A stretch of DNA of 64,000 nt from Tubulanus polymorphus (Eukaryota > Animalia > Nemertea), in contig NC_134026.1 of NCBI RefSeq assembly GCF_964204645.1, forward strand, positions 1,387,950-1,451,949, written 5' to 3'. This document shows, in pieces, positions 46,336 through 56,400 of the stretch. Below the pieces are notes generated by a model. That model was not told where the DNA came from and did not search any database. It saw only the letters and a program-made list of their open reading frames with translations. A program made the position numbers and the translations under genes. The number at the start of each line of letters is the position of its first letter. The stretch's first letter is position 1.

Positions 46336-48894
46336 CAATGCCTTCCGTGTATAGGTAATGTTTAGTGTACTTAACATGGTGAATTCAAATATTCAGTCAA
46401 CTCTGCTACTAAGGTATATTTGTACCCTATTATTATGGATGAACTTGACTAGCTGTTGGAACTAATAATCGAAGACACTGTAGTTCAATCTCACGCATTT
46501 TCATCAGTGTCTTGAAACTAGGTCCGAACTACAGCGACTTCGTTCAATCACGATTAACTATCTTCAGACTGTTAATTGGACTAACACTTTGTTCACTATT
46601 GGTCTACTAGCTATGAGAACCGAAGTTCTCTGAGCCTCTCCAGTTGGGACAAAAGTGGTCATGAAGTCTGGACTTAGTTCGTAAGATTGACAAAGAATCA
46701 AAATTGGCTTATTTTCTGAAATTTAAGCCTTTTACAGAAGATTGTATGTACAACATTCGAAATCTGAATTCCTATTTCAGCAGAGTTTACTGTATATATG
46801 ATGCACATCTTAGTCTTCTATTCTCTAGATGAGAATCTAAAAACATACATATCATCAGATTGATAAATGTGATAAAGGGTCGAATGAAAGAGATAATGTT
46901 CGATAGATCAGTGTTCGGATTTATGCTTAGTGAGCTTCAGACCGATTCACAAAGCAATAAATCGTCATAGGGACCAAATATGTATCTATGATCGATAAAT
47001 GGCTTGATGGCAATGCTCCGTAGACAGTATTATCAGTATTGTCATATATAAAACATCTATTCATTCATGTCGTTCGTCCAAGTATAATTCATATCAATAT
47101 AACAATCTAGGCATAAAATATTGAGATGTTATTCATTTATATATATATATATATGTATGGACAACGCAATTGTTTTTAAAATAACTTTGCATTGTCAATA
47201 ATTAGAATAATTAACACAGTCACTGCTGACTACAAGACCCCCACTTGCAACTACTAGCTATCTCAAAGCTAAACCTTCTTATATTTGCACCGGAGCAGGG
47301 ATTCGAACCTGATGGCATTGACGTAAACAAACAACGCTTCGTTCTAAATGCTCATTAGTCAATTTTGAAAATGGCTGATTATGTACTGGCTCTATTGCCA
47401 ATTAGGGAGATACTCACAGCCTGAACAGGGGGCAGCAGGGTATTACCACGGAGGCAGTGAATGTGTTAATGATGTATGTATTGTTCGGGATGACGGTAAA
47501 TTACTTCATCTTCATTTAATTCTTATACACAGAACAAAAAAACGTAGTATAGATACATATAATGTGAAATAATGCAATGCACCGTTTCTATGCCAGTATA
47601 ATCATGATGCAATAAAGAATATTATCAAGACGTTTAATAGAAATATGTATCTGAAAACAGTGCATCCTATTGATGTGTTTCAACATATATTTGTGACAGG
47701 AAAACAGCTTCCATTTGGTAAAAATATTGTCTCATCGATGTAAAAAAAAGGTTTTTGTTCAATGCTCAGCTTGTATTAGAAAAAACCCGAATCAATTATA
47801 GGGGTTACCTTTCAAAAAAACTGGGTGATTAGTTTTCATCTATTATAATGGAGGTTTTGGAAACCGAAGAGATATATTTATTTTGTGTGGTATAAAACTG
47901 GTATAATCAATGATTTTTGTTGTCAAACAGCGTAGAATACGTATTATACCCCTCGGTATCGACATATCATATCATATTGTTATATATTTCTTATTGAACT
48001 TAAAGTTAACTTGGAAAAAAATATGAAATATTGATGTGATACATGTATTGCCAAATAATAAGTACTTAAGATATAGTAAACTATTAAATGATAATTTACT
48101 CAATTGTTGGAGTAATATATTTATAAAGTATACAAGACAATATGATATTTTTCATGCCGCCACCACTATCAGCTGCGTCAGGGTTACTTCTGAGATTATT
48201 ACAGAGTTTTTACATTGAAAAAAGAAAAATGAATGAATAATGCAAGCAAATTTTTCCGATTAATATGCGGAGAAAGAAAAAACTATTTGTTAATTTTCGC
48301 TACAAAAAATTCTATTTTCAGCCCGGCAGGTGTATTGGTGTTAGGGTCTCCCAGAGATTTTAGTGTGTGTACCAAAATTTGGCAAAATATTTAATGTAAT
48401 CATAGATCTTTAAGGTGGTTGCAGGTTAGGCTGACCTACCCCCGCCTTTAGTTCAGAGAGACAAGTTGTCAATTCAAACCCGGTTAAGACGTGTGCTTGC
48501 CTAGTTACTTAATACATAGTTCATCAAACCTTACCTTAAATCCGCTCCTACTGAATAAATGTGATCGATATCATATTAGTAGTGACGAGTTCTATGTTGC
48601 TGTTATATATTGATATATTGAATTTAAAACGATGTTGAGGTTTTTATTAAGTAAATTTTATCCGTTTAATATGTATATATATATATATATCTATATATTG
48701 CGATGTTAATTATGATCACACTCTAACTGAACAGAGCAATATGAACTGTGAACATTGTTATTAGTATATATAGGGTATATTGTTATTGTTTGTTGGTGAA
48801 GTTTGAAGTATTATATTCTGTAAGCGTATTTCCCCTTTGGTATTTAAGAATGTGCGAACGAAGTAGATGAAAGATATTTCTGCTGGACACGCTG

Positions 48895-49152
48895 CAGGGT
48901 CCGATCTAAACACTTGTCCGATTGCCCGGGATAAGTATATTCTCATCAGGGCAAGTAGGTTATCATTATCGCTTGTCCGCTGGGCTAGTGCAGTTTTACG
49001 TCACAAAGCTATTTTCCCAATCAATACAACGGATTATAGTGCCACCAATCGGACTGCCTGTGAAGGGCAAGTATTTTTTGGAGGGGGCAAGCGAAATTTC
49101 AGATATGCTTGCCCCGCGGGAAAGTGGCTTTCATTCCTTAGATCGGACCCTG
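48895..49152. mobile_element. MITE, 15-bp perfect TIR CAGGGTCCGATCTAA, 5-bp TSD CGCTG
   Basis: TIRs 48895-48909 and 49138-49152; flanks 48890-48894 and 49153-49157 are both CGCTG. Confidence 0.85.
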
Positions 49153-49183
49153 CGCTGTTGTGAATTTTTGGGCGAAATTCTCT

Positions 49184-49460
49184 CAGAGGCGGATCCAGGG
49201 AGCCTGACGTTAGGTACTTAAAAAAATTCCTAAATGCCCTTCTCGAAGAGAGAAAAAAAAATTCAAAACGTCTTCAGAAACTTATTAAGTTGTATGAGGC
49301 AAAATGTCCTGAGTACAGTTCCTAGTACTGTGCAACGCTATTTCCAATGAATTTTTAGGTTGGGTTTGAGGCTCTTGCCATCCAAACTACTATTCATCAG
49401 GAATCTGAATTCACTAGTTTATGCCCTGTATTTCAAAATTGGACCCTGGAACCGCCGCCA
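49184..49460. mobile_element. Degenerate MITE of the CAGGGGCGGATCCAGGG family
   Basis: CAGAGGCGGATCCAGGG ... CCCTGGAACCGCC. Confidence 0.55.
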
Positions 49461-50072
49461 GCGTTTGCAACCATTGTTTTCATTTACTGTCGTTCTGTGA
49501 TATTCACTCGTTCAATATTATATGTTTTTAACCCAATAGATAACTCGTATTTTTCCTTGATTTCGCTTGATTAGAGATTATCTTCCTTTTTACTGTCCTC
49601 AAATTTTATTCATTGCCCATCATGACAATTATATATCTATATATACATGACCGGTACTTCATTGTATTTGTTCCCGTTCCTTATTTTGTTTTTGTAGTTT
49701 TAGTTTTATTATATTTTTGAGTTGGTGGAACGTTTTTCCTGCCTATATTAGTTAGTAGCGTGGTGATATTAGCTGTGATATTGATGTTTAGATATTGTTA
49801 AATCCTTTGTTTCAGTCTCACTATTTTTGTATGTTCAATCGTGTATTATTGTTCCTTTTAGAATGACAATAAAATAGTTACGAATAAGTATATGCTCCGT
49901 TCATTTTCTTTTTAAAATCTTTCATTCAGAAATTTGATTTTCTCAGAGGACTCGACTCAACACACTGTCCCGTGAGAGGGCCCGGTTTCAAATAATGTCT
50001 TAATGTCAACAGATATAGTTGTGTGATCGGCGGTCGATTTTACATAATTTTTTTTGAAATTGAAGTAGGACT

Positions 50073-50377
50073 ACTTCTTTGTCTTCTTGGGTTTCGTCGA
50101 AGCTGAAATGAATAAAAGAACAACATTCGGTAGTCAAACATTTCTTTATTAATCTTAATTTGCATGTATATCAACTTAACTTTCAAGATTGCCGAGTTCA
50201 GCAATGACTAGGATTTTCTCGACGGCGGTGGAATCTTCAGAATCACTTCTTTGTCTTCTTTGGTTCCGTCGAAGCTGAAATTGAGTAAAAGAAAAACATT
50301 CTGTAGTCACACGTTTCTCAATCATTATTCCTAATTTACATGGGTATCAACTTAGCTTTCAAGATTGCCGAGTTCAG
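50073..50377. repeat. Direct duplication of about 130 bp (50073-50201 and 50245-50377)
   Basis: Shared ACTTCTTTGTCTTCTT...GTCGAAGCTGAAAT...CTTTCAAGATTGCCGAGTTCAG. Confidence 0.85.
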
Positions 50378-50480
50378 TACTTTTTTTACGGCATCTTCTG
50401 TAGTCGCCTTCTAGCATCTTCTTCTTCATCTTGGGAGTCCTGAAATGAAAAAAAAGAGAAGAGCGATGAAAACCTGGTAC

Positions 50481-51267
50481 GGAACAAAACTAATGTCCGA
50501 AAGCTTTTCAGCTCTCCGTCGCCGGTCACATGCCGAGAACACCAGACAAAGAGCCAGCCAGGAATATACTGCCCTCTACACGCCCTCACACAGAACACGA
50601 AAACCAGGATGACGACGCCTTACTTTCACCATTTACCGACAGGGTGTGCCGGGTGACGTCAGTAACTGACAAACCTATCAAATTGCCCAAGCCAAAAATA
50701 GGGCAGCGCAACTGGATTGCCCGCACTAGCACTAGACTTAATCCCGCCCGAAGCAACCCACAGGGAATCAATGAATACTAACACGCAAAGGAAGACAGGG
50801 AAATTAATCCCTGCCCGAAGCAATCCCTTAAAAGGAATCAATGAATATTAGCACGCAAGCGATCCCGCAGTGAATCAATGAATCCTAGCACGCAAAGGAA
50901 CACAGGGAAATTAATCCCTGCCCGAAGCAATCCCTTAAAAGGAATCAATGAATGCTAGAACGCAAAGGAAGACAAGACTAAATCTTTGCCCGAAGCAATT
51001 CCTGAAAAGAAATCAATGAATACTAGTAGACAGTCCAGCTTTACCACTCCATTTTTAACCCGTGCAATCCGACTGACTTGCCCGTCATTGACGTCACCCA
51101 GCACACTCTGTTGATACGTGGGGAGAGTGAGGCCTCGTCATCCTGGTTTTCGTCTTCCGTATGAGGGAGTGTAGAGGGCAGCTATTTCCTGACCGACTCT
51201 TTGTCTGACATCCTCGACACAAGACCAGCAAAGGAGAGCCGACGCTTACGGACATTAGTTTTGTTCC
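50481..51267 (-). ncRNA. Candidate long hairpin RNA (arms 50481-50730 and 51022-51267)
   Basis: Arms about 73% identical as inverted repeats; transitions about 34:9 in favour of G.U pairing on the minus-strand RNA (hand count). Confidence 0.55.
50738..51025. repeat. Tandem ~65-bp repeat, about 4 copies (TTAATCCCTGCCCGAAGCAATCCC...GGAATCAATGAAT)
   Basis: Units visible at about 50738, 50804, 50911 and 50978. Confidence 0.85.
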
Positions 51268-51484
51268 AGCAAATGTTGAAAATCGACAGAGAAATCGGCC
51301 CTGAAAAAAAGAACGGATTAATCCCTGAAAAATTGAACGGGTTAATAAACACGGAACAGTACAGGACAGCACAGAGACAAACAGTAACACATAAAACATA
51401 AAGACGTCGTTCTTCAGGAAGCAGGAACAGGAGCGCAGCGAAGATCGCCAGGATCATGATCGCCAGGAGAATCCACGGAAGCAT
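51182..51484 (-). CDS. Small ORF with an N-terminal hydrophobic helix (MLPWILLAIMILAIFAALLFLLPEERR), possibly spliced
   Basis: TATAAG about 45 nt upstream; after about codon 27 the sequence looks like an intron with two TTTTTCAG acceptors near 51301 and 51325. Confidence 0.35.
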   Translation of the reverse strand: MLPWILLAIMILAIFAALLFLLPEERRLYVLCVTVCLCAVLYCSVFINPFNFSGINPFFFSGPISLSIFNICWNKTNVRKRRLSFAGLVSRMSDKESVRK

Positions 51485-52094
51485 GTCTGCACAGTGTGAG
51501 AGAGCGGAGGTGAATGAGCTCGCCTATGCTTATACACCGTGGTCAGCCGGTGACGTATTCCAATTGTGATCAATAGCGCGTGTGAATGATATCAACAAAC
51601 TCTGAAAAACCGCAAATGTGTCTCTATTGTTGAATGAAAAGCTAAAGGTTCCACTGCCGGGTTAGTCTGAAAACCAGTCGTTTATCGGTTCCCTACACAA
51701 CATGTTTGAACGACGCCGCTAGGTTCTAGAACTGCCGTGCCGGGTTGAATACGCGCCAGTAGCTAGCTGAACAATAAGGCCATAAAAATAGATTACTTGA
51801 TTCCAAACAGCTCCCCTCCAGCCGCCGCCTGTTTTTTTCTTAACTTTTAGAATGATTTATAAACTATACCGACCGATAGCTCGTCACGACTTCAGTTAAA
51901 AATGCACACCAACCATGCCAACGTACAAGTCTTCACAGGGCCATACGGCATAGAGCTTTTGGAATATTTCGTTCGGTATCGGTACGTTATGAAATATTAG
52001 GCCTACACTAATGAATTTTGTGAGTCTCCCTCAAGTTCTGAATGACCTATATTTTCACGAACTTCTGACGAGGATCAAGTACCCGGTATTGAGT

Positions 52095-52266
52095 TTTGAA
52101 TCGGGTCCTCTCACGGGACAGTGTGTTGAATCTTTCCTCTCACGGGACAGTATTTAGAATCGAGTCCTCTCACTTCGGGTCAAGAGTCCTCCTGGCACAT
52201 GGGACAGTGGCTTGAATCGGGTGCCCGACCTCACGGAACACAGCATTGCGAATCGGATCCTCTCAC
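52095..52266. repeat. Minisatellite-like ~30-bp units (GAATCGGGTCCTCTCACGGGACAGT), about 5 degenerate copies
   Basis: Direct inspection. Confidence 0.75.
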
Positions 52267-53422
52267 TTTGACTAAATATTAGGTTCTCTCGAGACAGATC
52301 TAATTAGGGCCAATAAGTTGCCTTCTTCGATTTTACTTTTTTGCAGTGTAGACGCTTAACAAACGTTTAGTGAATAACCACTGGAACCAAAAAGACTACA
52401 TTCACTTTATTTTCGATCGATACTGCCTTTCTGTCTTCTCTTGATCCTAGTTAGTTACCTAATCGTTGGTGGTAAGCTTTTTATAATCGGATGGGCTTAT
52501 ATGTGGTTTGTGAAAATATCCGATCGTGAAACTAAACCACAGACAGGTTACTGACTACTCTTGATCCGACCTTTATTACATCTAATTTTTCGATTTGATG
52601 ATATCATTGATCTGAAATAATCAAATAACGAATAAATTTAGATTATTAACATGTTCTTAACATTTTCAGTGTAGTAAACAATCGAGTTCAGTTACTTCCG
52701 ATATTTCGTCTATAAAATGCAAAGTTTTCATTTTTCATCGGGACCTGTGACGGGACTCAGGTCCTCTCACAGGAGATGCTGCACTGTTGCAGAGAGATAC
52801 CGGTTTCGAAAAAAAATCGATCTCCCTCCACCATCCAGGGCTCCAAAATTTCTTGAAACTATTAAACTTTACAGAAATATCATCTTTAAAATGGCATCTA
52901 CTGATATTAGCAAGAATCTACAACAGCAGGTTCCACTCGAATTCATGTTTAAATGAATCAAGACGCGCCGGGTGCACGTCACTGCGAATCAACAAAAAAT
53001 CATAATTAAATTTTATTCCCGTTCTCTCTCAGTCCATGCTAAAATTAAACGATACCTTGTTTCTCCTAATCAGCCAGGTCATTCCATTGACTGCGATGAA
53101 ATTTCATATTCAATTCTATAGCTGCCGGGTCTGTTGTTAGTTTGGCTAACATGATCATGAATGAATGTATAGGCCTATGTTAGAAGGTGGCAATTAATTA
53201 TTAGAATATAACCAGTAAATGTTTAGCTTTTTCTTTGGTTGCTTCACATGAATATGATATATGATGGGCGACCCACCAAGTTCATGGCCTAAAAATTCAG
53301 TGAAGCTCCTATTATTACATATATATAACCTATAACAACAATCTATATGAAACACCTACATCTCTAAGCAAAACATGTTGAAGTGAAACATATCTGTAAC
53401 TGATTTGACTTCTGGTTTGTAG

Positions 53423-56400
53423 GATGATGATGTATACGATGATAATGAGGATGATATTGATGAAATTGAAGATTGCCCTGATTCCGTTGGCTCGAAGTTG
53501 AAAGCTTGTTTAAATATCAATGATTTAACTGAAGGAACTGAGTTTGAGATCGTTCCATCTGTAACAGAAGATGAGGTTCCTTATTCAGGTAGGCCCCTCT
53601 CCTCACCTATTAGAGTTTTTTGCAAGTTTTTGAATTAACATTAAACTTAAAGCCCTTATAATCTATGCTCGGTTTTCAAGCAAAATCCTGAAAGTGCTTA
53701 AAACTGCTTCATTCCACAGTTAAACTTGAAGGATAAATCTTTTAATGTAAAAAAGTCTTTGAAATCTGCAGACTTCCATTTTTGAAATGTCTCAAAGCAC
53801 TTCATTGGTTTTCGTACCACTTTTGCCTCGACCGTATGCTGCAACGAACCTTTTGAATTTCGAAATATTATGAATGAAGAGTTTGTTTTTGTAGATCAAG
53901 TAAAAAAAGAATATTTTGGAAACGGTAATAATTTGATCGCTCAAGGTGAGGACAGCGATGAGGAGGAGAATAGCGATCTTACTCCTTTCGAGAGAATCGA
54001 AAGAAAGATGCATGATATCTCGGACGGTGAAAATGGTGTGATGAAAATGGTGTTGAAGGAAGGGGCTGGAGCTCGAGTACCGGATGGGGCTTTTGTCAGA
54101 GGTATATCGCTGATTTTATGGTTTTAACTCACTAACTTCAAGCCGTCACTCTGTCTCAACTCTCTCTAAACTGCCCTATTGATGCATAGATAATTCCACG
54201 TAATTCCACGAATGAAATTGGTCTAATTAAAACCTTTTAAACCTGTTAAATTGATCTCAATCCTCAGAGAATCAGAGATGAATCATTATCATCATTACCA
54301 AAAAACATCCTCTTATTGTATTTTTGTCATTACTTAGAATTCATTTGTCAGTCATGAATTTATCTTTGAATAGTCCAATGCAGGGGCGGATCCAGGGGCA
54401 TGTTGTGACAATGTCGACCAATATAAAGGGCATATATTCTTAATTTGGCGGAAAGGCGTATCAGCAAAATTTTTGAAATTTTACTATCATTTTAGAGCTT
54501 TCTGAGCATCTCTGAGAGGCATTTAGTCAAGAAAAGGTTATATGTTTAGGAAAAATATCTATTGTGAATCTCGAGTGGTAACAATGGCAAATTCTGATAC
54601 AGAGAGAAAAAGTAAAAAGGCACTAAAGAATTCCACCCGTGTCGGTCGACACGGTCTAAATCCTCCCCTGCAATGAAGCTTGATGGTATTACATCTCTGT
54701 ACATGATATGTTGTGTGTAGTATGTATGTGAATTAAGTGAATTAAACCGTCATCTCTTAATTTCTATTATTTTCAGTTCATTACAATGGATTCCTCGAAT
54801 ACAGCGATGAACCGTATGACAGTTCAAGATTGCGGGATTGTCCGGAAAAATTCACAGTCGGCGAAAGTGAGTTTGTATTGAATTTTAATTTTGATTTCAC
54901 CAATAAATCAAGAGGTTCAGTTGCTCAAAAAAGTTGGTCGAAGTGGACAAATACCACAGTGACAATTTCATTGAAACGATGGAATTTGTCTAACCAAGTT
55001 TTGAGCAACTGGCCGCTGATAGATGCTTTGGTTATAATGCAGATTTTAGTGGTCACCATGTCGGTTATCCATCGATTAACTTTTGAACATCTGGCCCAAG
55101 AGGATTTCTCGTATTTCTCGAGAATTTTTGTTATTCCGACATCATTAAGAATTAAGAACACGTTTTGCTCCATCAAATTTTTCTGAGGTTTGTTATTCCT
55201 CTGTTTTCAATGATTAATTATTCTGTGATTCAGGTGAAGTGATTCCTGGATGGGAGATAGCAGTGAAAACGATGAAGAAAGGAGAATTGAGTCGATTTCT
55301 CATCAAGTCTGATTACTCGTATGGACCGAGGGGATGTCCGCCTCGTATACCCCCTGCAGCTGCTAGTCAGTACCTTTTGATATTTTTCATTGTCTGTCGT
55401 AGCTAAGCATCATAAACCTCATTAGAGGAGGACACACAAAACATCGATGTACTACTACTTGTATTTATGTTTTATTTGTATTTATACTATGCAGGGTGCT
55501 ACTGAAATGGAAAACCTGACAAGTGTTTATCAATACGTGATTCATGAACAGATAAATGAATAAATTCTAACATTCAAAGATATCTCCATTCATCAGTAGA
55601 TTCACTAAAAACATGGTTAAAACATGGAAAACTCGGGAAATTTTTGGGGCCACCTTGATGATGTTGTGCAGATGTAGTTGTTTTCATACTCACTGGTATT
55701 TGATATATCTATTGTGTTTGTTTTTGTTACAGTTTTATTCGAAATTGAGGTGCTCAGTTTTATGGATAGGTCGGGGGTTGATTCCTTCTTCAATAAAAAT
55801 AGGGTGTGTATTTCATTATAGAAATTCATGTATCCGATAGTTTTAATTCTTCTAACATCCATCTCTTCGTTTCAATGATTTATTTTAGAGAGATCGATTG
55901 GAAACTCCGTTCTCTGATGTTATGAGAGCAGTTAGGGCGGAAGAAGAGGTAACTAACGTGAAGTTCGCTTTCTACTATTGTTTTCTAGTTTTCTTGCTTT
56001 AAACCTTCTCTTTTTTCGCATTACAGATGGCAAAAGACCAGTGGAAACGCCAGAAATATAACAAAGCACTCGTTAGATACCAACGGGTAAAAATCTTTAT
56101 AAATTTTCACTGAAAGATGATATTTCTCTAGGTTCCGCGTAGTGTCGTACTTACGACTTGTATCAATGCTGTATTTTAGATAGTGACACGAGCGTTGGAA
56201 GAGGCTCGACTCGAAAATGCTGAAGACGAAACTATTCAACAGAAGCATCTTCACAAAAACTATCTTAACCTAGCGCGGTGTGCTTTAAGACAGGGCGAGT
56301 ATGAAAGAGCGCGAAGCAATTGTCGTAAGGCCCTCGATATCAAGAGGGATGCGCCAACATTATTTTTAATGGGCAAGGTAAATGAAATTTGAAACTTTGC

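Larger units (their letters stand above)
49945..52270. mobile_element. About 2.3-kb inverted-repeat-bounded island (non-autonomous TIR element or viral remnant)
   Basis: 49946-49992 is the reverse complement of 52095-52132 (23-nt identical core CCTCTCACGGGACAGTGTGTTGA). Higher GC than the flanks; no transposase seen. Confidence 0.55.

Noticed and set aside
47290-47316. tRNA gene (B-box GGTTCGAATCC on the minus strand)
   Set aside because: Isolated B-box without A-box or cloverleaf; probable SINE fragment
48761-49221. Overlapping ~60-100-aa ORFs
   Set aside because: Fall largely inside a MITE; no transposase motifs
50530-50781. 83-aa plus-strand ORF in the hairpin arm
   Set aside because: No recognisable domain; its ATG is not kept in the other arm; likely a by-product of higher GC
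52095-52266. CRISPR-like repeat array
   Set aside because: Degenerate tandem units without unique spacers, eukaryotic context, no cas genes
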